Shown: positions 24,761-35,339, counted from the whole stretch's first letter. The stretch: DNA of 63,326 nt, filler included, from Asterionella formosa (GCA_002256025.1; 4 parts of 4 records of this genome joined end to end with filler, not necessarily neighbours in it); one strand, 5' to 3'. Numbers and translations are program-made. The notes: generated by a model not told the origin, from the sequence alone.

Positions 24761-27148
24761 CTATGTATACTTTTTTAGCAAACGCATCATTTTCTCTTCG
24801 GCTCCAATGGGAGACGCAAATTTGTGCTGGCCAGGGACTACGCGGTCATCATGAATTTTTACTGCAAGACGCGTTGCCATATCTATTGCTCGCTTGGCGT
24901 CCAATTCGCCTGCTTCAAAGGCACCACCAATAGTAAAAACCTTTCCCTCGACGGAAGTTCCCTTGGTCAACATCTCCAATTCATTCCTCACGACTTGACC
25001 AGCACAAACAACTATGCTATCTACTTCCAACACGCGCTTTTTGCCTTCCAATGTGGTAATGTGGAGATTACCGTCTTCGTCGACTTTGTCATAAGTAACA
25101 CCATTTACCATTTCGACCGCCTTGGAGTTCATCAACGTCGCTCGATGTATCCAGCCCGTAGTCTTGCCCAAGCCTGCTCCGAGTTTGCCTTTCTTCCGTT
25201 GTAGCAAGACAATTTCACGATACGGCTTCTTGAATTCAGTTGCTCTCAAACCCCCTCTCTCCACATTGTATGGATCGACACCCCATTCATCCCACCACTC
25301 CTTCATATCAACATCATTGGCCATTTTGTCTTGTCCATCGTGGAACAGCAAGAATTCCGATACGTCAAAGCCTATACCTCCAGCTCCAATGACAGCGACC
25401 TTGTTACCGACGGGAGCATTACGTCTCAAGACATCAATATACGACAACACCTTCGGATGTTCCATGCCAGGAATTTTCGGGTCCCGTGGATCAACGCCAG
25501 TTGCTACAATCCACTTGTCTTTCGAGGTATCGTCCTCCATATCCTTGACGGTGACAGTCGTACTCAGTCTAACATCAACATTCAACTTCTTCATCATGAC
25601 TTGAAAGTACCGAACTGTCTCATGAAATTCTTCCTTTCCAGGAACCCGCTTGGCCATATTGAATTGTCCTCCAATTTGTGGAGCTTCATCATACAGAGTC
25701 ACTGCATGTCCCATCTGAGCTGCTACAATGGCAAAGGCACATCCGGCTGGTCCAGCCCCGATAACACCAATTGTCTTGCGTTGGTCCTTTGGCAGCATTT
25801 TTGTTTCGAGTTCCAATTCATGACAAGCTCTTGGATTGACAAGACATGATGCAGTCTTTCCAACAAAAGCATGGTCCAAACATGCCTGATTGCAGGCAAT
25901 ACAAGTATTAATTTCATCTGCACGACCCGAGGCAGCTTTGATGAGAAAGTTTGGATCTGCCAAGAGAGGGCGAGCCATGGACACCATGTCTGATGCTCCA
26001 CTAGCCAGAATATCCTCAGCGACTTGAGGCATATTGATCCGATTCGTGGCCACCAATGGAATGCTAATCAAACCTGTTTCTTTCAACGCTGCCGTGGGTC
26101 TAACAAAGGCACCACGAGGAACACTTGTTGCAATTGTTGGGACTCGTGCTTCGTGCCAGCCAATGCCAGTATTGATCATACTGGCTCCTGCAGCTTCGAC
26201 GGCTTGAGCCAATTCGACAACTTCATCCCATCGCAACCCACCGTCTACAAGGTCTAAAAGTGAAAGACGGAATATAATGATAAAATCTTCCCCCAATGCT
26301 TGTCGCGTTTGTTTGATAATTTCAATGGCAAGTCTAGATCGATTCTCCAAACTCCCACCATATTCGTCCACTCGATGGTTCGTCCTGGGGCATAGAAACT
26401 GCGAAATCAGGTATCCTTCCGATCCCATAATTTCAACTCCATCATATCCAGCTTGTTGAGCAAGGGTGGCACAATGAACAAAGTCCTGAATAGTTCTCTC
26501 CACGCCTCCTTGACTCAATGCCTTTGCACGAAATGGTGAAATAGGTGACTTCGTTGCACTTGCACTGACGGCCATGGGATGGTAGGCATACCTCCCAGTA
26601 TGTAGAATTTGCAAACAAATTTTGGGTTGGACGGTACTAAGACTTTTATCTGGAAGATAAATGGGGACATGGACGCTATGCACTGCGGCCGTGACCACCT
26701 TGTGTCGCTCCATTTCAGATTCATTGGTTAATTTTGCCGCAAAGGGTCCTACCCATCCTTCCATATTGGGTGCAATCCCACCCGTTACCATCAACCCTAC
26801 ACCGCCCTCAGCACGTTCTTGAAAGTACTTAGCCATTCCAGCCAAGGTAGTATGGTGATTGTCCTTGTGTTGTAGAACATAGGTTTCGACAAGCTTGGGG
26901 ATAGAATGACCTTCCAAGCCAGTATGCATGGATCCCATCAGGACGCGGTTGGGAAGGATCAGTTTTCCATTGTGAAGTGACAGCGGTGCAAATAAATGAG
27001 GAAAGAACTCTGTTGCTTTGACTGGTAGTGGTGGTGATGCTAGTTGCGGCGAGGTAACATTTAATGTGGAAGTAGCAGTGGCCGATGAAAGGAGTCGCTT
27101 CGTGTGATAGTTGCTTATATTACTTCGTCGGGTGACGAAGTGCATCAT
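24761..27148 (-). CDS. fadH: Bacterial-type 2,4-dienoyl-CoA reductase (NADPH; FMN/FAD/4Fe-4S)
   Basis: Intronless 795-aa ORF. Motifs NRVLMGSMHTGLE, EIMGSEGYLISQF, GIGWHEARVPTIA, CIACNQACLDH..CLVNP (Fe-S), GAGPAG, GAGGIGFD and LGKTTGWIHR. The N-terminal extension is mitochondrial-like. Confidence 0.93.
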   Translation of the reverse strand: MMHFVTRRSNISNYHTKRLLSSATATSTLNVTSPQLASPPLPVKATEFFPHLFAPLSLHNGKLILPNRVLMGSMHTGLEGHSIPKLVETYVLQHKDNHHTTLAGMAKYFQERAEGGVGLMVTGGIAPNMEGWVGPFAAKLTNESEMERHKVVTAAVHSVHVPIYLPDKSLSTVQPKICLQILHTGRYAYHPMAVSASATKSPISPFRAKALSQGGVERTIQDFVHCATLAQQAGYDGVEIMGSEGYLISQFLCPRTNHRVDEYGGSLENRSRLAIEIIKQTRQALGEDFIIIFRLSLLDLVDGGLRWDEVVELAQAVEAAGASMINTGIGWHEARVPTIATSVPRGAFVRPTAALKETGLISIPLVATNRINMPQVAEDILASGASDMVSMARPLLADPNFLIKAASGRADEINTCIACNQACLDHAFVGKTASCLVNPRACHELELETKMLPKDQRKTIGVIGAGPAGCAFAIVAAQMGHAVTLYDEAPQIGGQFNMAKRVPGKEEFHETVRYFQVMMKKLNVDVRLSTTVTVKDMEDDTSKDKWIVATGVDPRDPKIPGMEHPKVLSYIDVLRRNAPVGNKVAVIGAGGIGFDVSEFLLFHDGQDKMANDVDMKEWWDEWGVDPYNVERGGLRATEFKKPYREIVLLQRKKGKLGAGLGKTTGWIHRATLMNSKAVEMVNGVTYDKVDEDGNLHITTLEGKKRVLEVDSIVVCAGQVVRNELEMLTKGTSVEGKVFTIGGAFEAGELDAKRAIDMATRLAVKIHDDRVVPGQHKFASPIGAEEKMMRLLKKYT

Positions 27149-27967
27149 AGTTGTTCGTTGGAGCTATAATACCGCTATGCTTAATTGCTTGTATTATGTG
27201 AATGATATCTATTGTGTGAAACGAATGGATTTGTGCTGTGTGAGATAATAATAAGTAATGTCACAGCCTACTGAATAAGGAGGAAAGCGATCTTTTCTTT
27301 GATTTCATGATTGATGATGCGCCTGATTTGCAATCGATATTCCGGTAAGATAAAGACATCCATCAGCACAGCGCTCTCCTTGCTGTCGTGATGGGTCGTG
27401 CGTACGTTTTTCTCTTGACACCCCCATGATAAAAAAGAACACCATTCGAGAACGTGTTATTTTACTGGTACTGTATATAAATAATCCCGGTATGTAGCTT
27501 CTTTATAAACACCTTCATCCCAACCTACATAAATACAGTATAGCATTGAACTTTCTATTGAGAATAAATACAATACTGTACTAAATGCTGTACACCATTA
27601 ACGACGTAAATTTGAGATATTTAGCTTAATCTTTTCCTAAGTAAAAAGTGCTGCAAACACCAAGGTCTCAAGTCACTACTTCAGTTATGAGGCTCAATCA
27701 GAGTCATCCTACGTGGAGTGTGATGAAGACAGCAAACATCCATTGGTCAAAGCCAACGAGACAAGTGACTCACAGAAGGAGCATACCAATATCGTTCTGT
27801 TGTTCAATAGCAATGCAGGCACCATCATTCGGACTAAATAAATGGCGCATCGCATCCATTTTTCATACCAAGAAGTTTAATAGCTTTGAAAACACTCTCA
27901 ACTGGAAGCCGAGAAAATGACTCTCATAAAAGAATCTCATGCTTTCAATTATTTCACTGTAACCATG

Positions 27968-29107
27968 TCATGCTTCCAAATCGCATTGAACAAATTGTTC
28001 TGGACTCAATTGTCGCACTTCCTTTACCATGGAAGCCATGGTACTGATATTGAACGCTGTCCCTGTGTATCCACGTCGCAATTGGTTTACAATAATTGTA
28101 TGGCATTTTAGTAATAGAAAGAAATCTAACCAAACTCCAAATTCAAGATCTGATTTTAAATACGACGTGGGTGGAATCGTTGTTGTGAATACAGTCGTCG
28201 AATACTTTTGTTGCGCCAAGTCCTTCATCATGACATTGTCAGTGGCGAGAAATATCATGGGCGGTGTTGAATTGGTACCATTTGCATGCTGTTGATGTGT
28301 CAGCATGGCGCACTTTACCATTTTATCCAATGCCAGCTCCAAATCACCCACCACACGAATGTCCTTGTTGGTAACTCCAAAGGCTACTCCATCTCCAGTA
28401 CGAAAGTGAATTCCAATGGAATGCATTGGATTGAGGTTGTATTTTTCCATCTCCGACAAAAGTCGTTTTGATGGTTGAAATAAAATAGGAAACCAACATG
28501 GATTGTATTCTTCTTTATTCCATTGATGACCCGCAAAGAAATGAGCAAACTGAATCCCGTGATTTCCCCATTTATTGGAATCCGTCGTTCGGCTGGACAC
28601 ATCATAGGCTCGTGTATGAAGTAAGTTACTCCATAGTCCTTCGCGATATACCAATGCTGATGGTATAACTAGATTCCCATTGGGATAATCCAATAAAATT
28701 GGTTGTTGGAGCTCCATGGCATGTTCTACCAAGGAAAATAAACTCCTTGTCCGATCTCCAATCCCAGCACAAGGGTCACAGTGACCCCACGTGCCACACC
28801 ATTGACGATGACATGCCAAAACGAGTGGATCCTTTGGTGACGTGCTTTGTAGCTGCCAAAACAATGTCGCTAACGACTGACAGTGCGACGGAAGGTAAGA
28901 TAGGTCCGGAATGGTAGTGAGGGGCTGTCGTGACTGAGTAGTGTTGAGCGCAATGGTAGAACAATAGACAAGGCACCAAAGCAGTAAACTCAATACTATT
29001 CGTAGGAATGTATTCCGTCGGGTCTGGTTGGAATGTGGAGACTGGCTCCCACGGGACACTCTTGGATCCTCGTGCTGCGGTCCCTTTCGTTGGTTCAACA
29101 GGCTCAT
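27968..29107 (-). CDS. Type II membrane glycosyltransferase, fucosyltransferase-like (GT-B; NodZ/GT23/GT11-like motifs)
   Basis: Short cytosolic tail plus one N-terminal TM helix. Motifs GIGDR, IGIHFRTGD, IFLATD and DFFLL resemble GDP-fucose-binding motifs. Confidence 0.6.
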   Translation of the reverse strand: MSLLNQRKGPQHEDPRVSRGSQSPHSNQTRRNTFLRIVLSLLLWCLVYCSTIALNTTQSRQPLTTIPDLSYLPSHCQSLATLFWQLQSTSPKDPLVLACHRQWCGTWGHCDPCAGIGDRTRSLFSLVEHAMELQQPILLDYPNGNLVIPSALVYREGLWSNLLHTRAYDVSSRTTDSNKWGNHGIQFAHFFAGHQWNKEEYNPCWFPILFQPSKRLLSEMEKYNLNPMHSIGIHFRTGDGVAFGVTNKDIRVVGDLELALDKMVKCAMLTHQQHANGTNSTPPMIFLATDNVMMKDLAQQKYSTTVFTTTIPPTSYLKSDLEFGVWLDFFLLLKCHTIIVNQLRRGYTGTAFNISTMASMVKEVRQLSPEQFVQCDLEA

Positions 29108-29696
29108 TCTTGCACGGTTCGCCGAGTCCAGCCTGGGCGCAAATGCTTATTGGAGTCTTTGATTCGCGCTTCTCTCCTCATTCACTCTCCATCCTTTAGC
29201 ATTGCATACTTGCTTGTGTGGCTATCTATCTATACGTAATATACTGAGCATTCATGATTGCTTTTCCCTGTTGCAACAGGTACCGGTATTATTAATCTCA
29301 CGGTAAAATGAGTACTGGCAAGGATCCGCTGCTTGCTTTTAATCATTTTCTCTGATAACAAAGTCGTCATAGGAAACATCCACGGTGGACAAGAAGGAAC
29401 CTGCTGGATGGTGCAAGTATGTCAGAGTGTGTCTGTTAGGCTGTTGATGTCGACAGGTGTCCGAAGACTAGGTAGTCTGAGGAATGTCTAAACGGAAATA
29501 GACAGGATTTATATAGCAGAAGAATCTGCAGACGAGCGGCGTGAGAAAGATCTTGACCGGTCATTCCAGGGCAGTACTGGAGCGCGCTAGAGTAGCGCCA
29601 TATATTTCAACATGGTAGCGGGCTCGTTAGTACAAGTGGTACGAGGAAGAACNNNNNNNNNNNNNNNNNNNNNNNNNNNNNNNNNNNNNNNNNNNN

Positions 29697-29708
29697 TTAA
29701 TTAATTAA
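29697..29708. other. Artificial assembly linker TTAATTAATTAA
   Basis: Six-frame-stop spacer flanked by 44 N on each side. Confidence 0.95.
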
Positions 29709-29752
29709 NNNNNNNNNNNNNNNNNNNNNNNNNNNNNNNNNNNNNNNNNNNN

Positions 29753-30519
29753 TGCACATAACATATTCTTCGGAAAATACCTCGAGGCACCCAATTGTTG
29801 GCTGCAAATCACGTCACTTACCTTTGGAACTTTCACCTCTTGTAAGAACGGTGGAAATGTGGTTCGGAGAAAAATGCCTGTTGTGTCTCCTAATCCAATC
29901 GCATTCAGAAGCGATCCATCGATAGGCAAACTGGAATTGTCGTTGAGTACCACAGGCTTTACTGTATCAACGGGGTTGGCCAATATCAGCAACGTGAAAT
30001 CATTTTGTGGGTCTGCCGTGTCATTATAGTTTGGATGGCGAAGGTACGAAAGGCCGTTAATGGCTTTGACCGAACGGTACACGTGGCCATCGTAAATTCT
30101 TTCTCTGGAGTACGCGTTCACGATGACGTCGTAGTAGTTGAAGCCTCCACAGTGGCCTTGTTGAAAAAGAGGGTTCTGTTTTTTGAGTAAAAAAGTAAAA
30201 GGAATGAAAAACGATCCACCATTGGTATGCACATCCCTAACGTACCTGCAGTCAAGATGACATCAGTGTGAATCAAGGATCCACCACAGGAAGGGTACGA
30301 ATAACCATTGATGTAAATGCTGGCAAAGTATGGATAAGCGCTTCGGGTCGCCTGTTGACCACCAACGATGCGACTCAGTGTTAACCTCTGGTTATTGGCA
30401 TTTAGTTCTGATGCAGACTTGACTCCATCAAGGACGCTCGCAATATCAGGAGTGACCTCAAATGCCAACAGAATAGGCAAGAGCCTAAACAAAAGTAGCA
30501 GGAAGAAGGGACTATACAT
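29753..30519 (-). CDS. Trypsin-like serine protease (S1A), 3' truncated at contig end
   Basis: Signal peptide from ATG 30519, RIVGG activation site and CGGSLI. Intron 30245-30157 joins ILTA-GHC (catalytic His), and NDFTLL supplies the Asp. The frame ends at NMLCA before the catalytic Ser. Confidence 0.88.
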
Positions 30520-30753
30520 CGCTGATCGTTGACTTTGAAAGTATGGAAAATATAGTGATTGTTTCAAATGCCATTGCTAGCTTCAAATAAATAATACGTA
30601 TCATAACTCGAGAGAATTTGGCGTGGGTCATTTCATTTTTGTTTTTGACAAGACTCATCCTCAAATTAGTGCCTCATATCACGCCCCATGCCCCATGCCC
30701 CATCCCCCATGCGAGCTATGCTACGAACCAGTACGTACTTGTACCTTTTACCT

Positions 30754-30794
30754 GGCTTTGGAGGCGCGAGTAGGTTGACCGAACGAGTGGTGCC
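30754..30794 (+). repeat. Fragment of the GA-hairpin repeat family, inverted relative to the copies at 33680-36960
   Basis: ggcgcgagtaggttgaccgaacgagtggtgcc matches the reverse complement of 33929-33960 (ggcgcgagtaggttgaccgtacgagtggcgcc) with 2 mismatches. Confidence 0.8.
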
Positions 30795-31337
30795 GGCAGG
30801 ATCTATATATCCACCCTTTGCATCATGAGCTGCTGGCTCCATCATTGTGGTCCCACCCGGGATTACCTGCACCTGCAAGTTGCGGTAATTTTAACCAACT
30901 AAAGATTTAGCTATCTTTATCCCGGATTAAATTGTTGATTTCAGCAAATTGACCGCAACTTAATTATCAATCGTTCGAAATCCAAGAACAATGATCTCGG
31001 ACGGTACCAGGTACCAGCATCACAGCGATGCCGATACTTACCGGTTGCAGACACAAATCTACTACTCAAAACAGTACCTGAACCGTATTCTACAAAGAAA
31101 CAACAAAATTTGTAGTCCTGTGTACATACCGGATTGAACCAATTTTGTCGGATATAACAGCTATCTATTCTGCTATAGCCGGAATGATGAAATCGCCCTT
31201 GTACGAAGTACTCAGTATGCCATTTAGATAGTGAGTGATAAAATCGACTCCGAGGGAATGAAAGAATACCGGTATTTCACTTGAATCATTTTCGTCCAAA
31301 TCATAACTACTGTCTATTTTCATTCGTTTCAAGCCGG

Positions 31338-31460
31338 TTTCTTAAGTATTCTCAAGCACGTCTTGATTTGCTTCGTTGGGTCGGTTTGTGCCAACTTTCA
31401 GTTTCATAAGTATTCTTAAGCACATCTTGATTTGCTTCCTCGGGTCGGTTTGTGCAACTT
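31338..31460. repeat. ~64 bp tandem duplication
   Basis: Two copies of taagtattct.aagcac.tcttgatttgcttc...gggtcggtttgtgc.aactt. Confidence 0.85.
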
Positions 31461-31660
31461 GATCACATAGGTTAAAAAAATTGATAAGGTTTGTCAAGGC
31501 AGCTTTGGACAAGACTTTGTTCGGTTGTTCGTGCGGTTTGCAAGAATAAGTGTGTGTACATATCCTGCCAATTTTAGCGACACTGCGCAGCCAAAGGGAT
31601 AACTAAAATGGACAAGNNNNNNNNNNNNNNNNNNNNNNNNNNNNNNNNNNNNNNNNNNNN

Positions 31661-31672
31661 TTAATTAATTAA
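31661..31672. other. Artificial assembly linker TTAATTAATTAA
   Basis: Same spacer within N runs. Confidence 0.95.
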
Positions 31673-32354
31673 NNNNNNNNNNNNNNNNNNNNNNNNNNNN
31701 NNNNNNNNNNNNNNNNTGCCTGTCTCCCAACGATTGTCATCCAAGTAGATACCACATTGATGGCTTCATTATATTACCTTAAACATTCTCCATCCTTCGA
31801 AGGCGCAATGTGTCGAAGTCACAATGTTTTTCGTTATGTATTGTGAAAATTTTCTTTTCTCTTAATGTGCTTTACTACGACGTATCTTTTCATGAAGCAG
31901 CAGGCATTGTTTGTTAACATGACAGAACGATTTCAAAAATATATTGGCCATGAATATAGTAATAAAATTTGTAAATATATATATATATATATATAGCGTT
32001 ATACATTTTATAAAATTCAAACGCGCTCTCGATATGGAACATCTGATATGGTTGAGATCATCATACTCGCATATACATAATTCGAAAATACTCAATGCAA
32101 TACATGTCCATTGTTTTCCACGACTACGTGTACCGGAATTGTTTCTGAAATTTGTTTGCATCGATATTTTCTATGTCCGTTGAAACTAATTATTTAGACC
32201 GTTAAATAGCCGCCAGGGTTTTGGTAGCAAATTGTTTAAGCCCCTTTTTTGGTCGGGAGCTCTTCATGTGTACCGGTACATCATACCGGTATGACAATAA
32301 CAATATATCATATACATATACAGAGTACCAGTAGCAGGTAGTAAGTGATATACT

Positions 32355-32778
32355 GGGGGTAGTCGGAGAAGTAAACTAGCAACAGAACACCAAATGTTCA
32401 GGACTGTTGCTACTGCAGTGGGACAGTAAATCATCATATTTTTAGGATCGTATGATCGTAAAAACCACCAAAAAAAACCATATGTTTATGACTGTTGTAA
32501 TTACATTGGGACAGTAAATTATCATAGTTTTAGAATCGTATGATCGTAAAACTAAAAACAAATAGAACACCATATGTTCATGACTGTTGCAATTACAGTG
32601 GGACAGTAAATCATCATAGTTTTAGGATTGTATGATCGTAAAACTGAAAAGCGGTATGGGTAGTCAGAGTAATAAGCAAGCAATAGAACACAATAGTAAA
32701 TCATCATAGTTTTAGGATTGTATAAATAGAACACCATATACATATGTCTATGACTGCTGCTACTAAAGCGGGACAGTA
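32355..32778. repeat. ~90 bp satellite with higher-order structure
   Basis: gggacagta occurs at 32420, 32508, 32600 and 32770. The unit is agaacaccatatgttcatgactgttgc...gggacagtaaatcatcatagttttaggat.gtatgatcgtaaaa, and gggtagtc.gag recurs at 32357 and 32658. Confidence 0.85.
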
Positions 32779-32811
32779 CCGGTAAATGAATTTAAGATCA
32801 TCGAACTTTAA

Positions 32812-33186
32812 GGAAGACAACGACAACCAGCTGGTCGTGTTGCTGGTCCACTTTTAATGGCCAAAGAAGGAAGCGACGAAAAGATCACCATTACGAGCGG
32901 AACGAGAGAAATCGCTTACAACGCCAAGTCTGGACGATTCTTTGAGAATAACTTGCAGGAAGAAGAATGCATTCCTGACGAGGAATACTGTGTCGTCGAT
33001 CCGGAAAGTGGGGAACTCATTCGTCCCACAGTAGCCGAAAAGGAGCGTATCTTTCTGGACGCGCTTCAGTCCTACTATGCCACTGGAAGGCAAATGCTCA
33101 AGGATGATGAGTTTGACCTATTGAAGGAGGATTTGCAATGGAACGGATCTGACATGGTTGTCTTGAATCTTTCTTCCTGTTTGTGA
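32812..33186 (+). pseudogene. PGRL1: Truncated fragment of PGRL1 (PGR5-like 1, cyclic electron flow)
   Basis: EYCVVD..EKERIFLDALQSYYATGRQMLKDDEFDLLKEDLQWNGSDMVVL matches the PGRL1 N-terminal repeat. Homology stops at ~33168 and a stop follows at 33186. There is an in-frame stop at 32809, and no signal peptide, TM helices or C-terminal CxxC. Confidence 0.75.
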
Positions 33187-33623
33187 TCAATATCCCATCG
33201 ATCCATTCATTCTCGCAAATGCTTTACTCGATGCCACCAGTCGAAACGATTGAGGTAGCTAATGAGTAGATATTGGCAGGACGCGCAGACGTTGAAGATA
33301 TATAGAAATAACATCCTCTGCAAATGCATTGTTTCATAGATACGAAATTAGTTATCATTTACTAACAGCTAGGTATATGTGTTACGGTTAGATCTCTTCC
33401 ATTTCTCCTTCTTCTTCACACTGCATCATATTTCTCCGAACACTACTACCCGTAGTAAGGTAATGTTCATAAGGTAGATGAACATTTTCTTCTCTTGCAG
33501 CAGCATATCTTCTGTTCAGCTCCTCAGTATGGCAAGCTCGTTCCCTTATATTGTAAGCAGAGAAATTGCCCGATGTCTCNNNNNNNNNNNNNNNNNNNNN
33601 NNNNNNNNNNNNNNNNNNNNNNN

Positions 33624-33635
33624 TTAATTAATTAA
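33624..33635. other. Artificial assembly linker TTAATTAATTAA
   Basis: Same spacer within N runs. Confidence 0.95.
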
Positions 33636-33679
33636 NNNNNNNNNNNNNNNNNNNNNNNNNNNNNNNNNNNNNNNNNNNN

Positions 33680-34368
33680 AATATCGGACCTTTGGCAATT
33701 TTCGAGGTGAAGATAGGAAATATCCAAAAAAAATTTATATGATGGGCAATAGTAGGCTAAAATTGACATTTATGCTAAATTTGTGGGCAGTAGGTAAGCG
33801 AATGACGCGACGATAGCTAGAGCGGGAATTGCCTCAACAATACCCTTCTCGGCGGCTACTTGCCTTCTCGTATACATGTGTAATCGACTGGGATGGCACT
33901 CGTAGGGTGACCTTCTCGCAGCGCTGGGGGCGCCACTCGTACGGTCAACCTACTCGCGCCACCCAGCCTCGAACACATGTATACTCGCAGGCAAGAGACC
34001 ACCTCGGGCGTGTATTGCCTTCAGCAATCCCAGGGCTAGAAAACCGAGGGGCAATTGGCGTCTGTTGTCTTGCCAAAATGCGAACGTATGAAATATACAA
34101 AATATATTTTAATGATGGGAAATATCGGACCTTTGGCGATTTTCGAGGTGAAGATAGGAAATATACGAAATATATATTATATGATTGGCAATAGCAAGCT
34201 AAAATTGACATTTATGCAAAATTTGTGGGCAGTAGGTAAGCGAATGACGCGACGATGGCTAGAGCGGGATTTGCCTCAACAATACCCTTCTCGGCGGCTA
34301 CTTGCCTTCTCGTATACATGTGTACTCGCAGGCAAGAGACCACCTTGGGCGTGTATTGCCTTCAGCAA
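33680..34368 (-). repeat. Head-to-tail tandem copies A (partial, 33680-34027, long hairpin) and B (34026-34368) of a structured repeat
   Basis: A and B are near-identical over the shared span. A carries an extra ~100 bp between acatgt microhomologies that extends a hairpin. Strand is assigned from the G-A and G-T pairing asymmetry. Confidence 0.9.
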
Positions 34369-35339
34369 GTATTTCATTGTGCGACCTGCCAACAAGAACT
34401 TCTAAGTAATTTTTAGGTTGCAAGTAATTTCTTAAGTAATTTTAATTTAGGGGCAATATGAGGCACATTAAAATTTCGGCATTAAAATTACAGATTTTGG
34501 CATGACAGCCAGAGTGATGGTAATATACATAGAAATTGCATAACCAGAGTTAAAGACACACAAATGATTGTAACAAGCAATATCAATGAGAATTGAACAT
34601 GATGTTTGGAGCAACCAAAGAATGTTATGCAATTTAATAATTATCTTCAAATGAGAAATAGAAAATATTGTTTTGGGATAGAAATAAAGTGAAAAATAGG
34701 AGTTTCAGTGGAGACGCATGCATTGTAGTACTTAAACAGGCAACTTTGACTTTCCATCACACAATCGAAGAGCGAAAGAAAACAGATACTAAGAAGAAAA
34801 ATCTGAACTGAATTGAGATCTGCATCGTGATGTAGCGTTGATGATCTGGTTGCTGCAACCAGCATGAACATCACATTTCTACTACGAGTTCGCATCACAA
34901 GCTATGTATATTCAGCTAGAGGGAGTCGATAGTGCTGGAGCATTCTGACGATCATAATCAATCAGAATGGATTGGAATGGAATGGAATGAGCGATCAGGA
35001 TTGCTTGGTGGGAGGAAGGACTTTTGGCGGAAGGGCTGCAACTTGTGTCAGGCTACTACAGAAGTAGAGCGCGTTAGTACTACAAGAAAAGCATTGCTTG
35101 GTGGCAATATTGACATCATGGTCAACGACTATACAAATCAACAAATAAGATCAACAACGGCGCAATATATCTTCAAAGAGTAGTCATTGATAAATATATT
35201 GGTTTTATGTAGATAGATACAATTGAAACAAAACGACAGTGCATAACGACAAACACCAATGGAAGCGATCAAAACAGACCATGGAAGCAATCAAATTGGA
35301 AATTCGATAAATAGGAGCGATCTACAATCTACATTCAAA

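Noticed and set aside
32355..32778. CRISPR array
   Set aside because: Units are ~90 bp and similar along their whole length, with no unique spacers, no cas genes and a eukaryotic context.
33817..33820. Helitron 3' end (hairpin then CTAG on the minus strand)
   Set aside because: CTAG/CTAA follows the hairpin in all three copies, but homology continues ~230 bp past it, so it is not the terminus.
33824..34031. SRP RNA, hammerhead ribozyme or SECIS identity for the rod hairpin
   Set aside because: No SRP helix-8 motif, and the closest hammerhead-like text is ctgaagg without a matching GAAA core. SECIS has one GA quartet, not five, and no selenoprotein is adjacent. An Rfam search is still needed.
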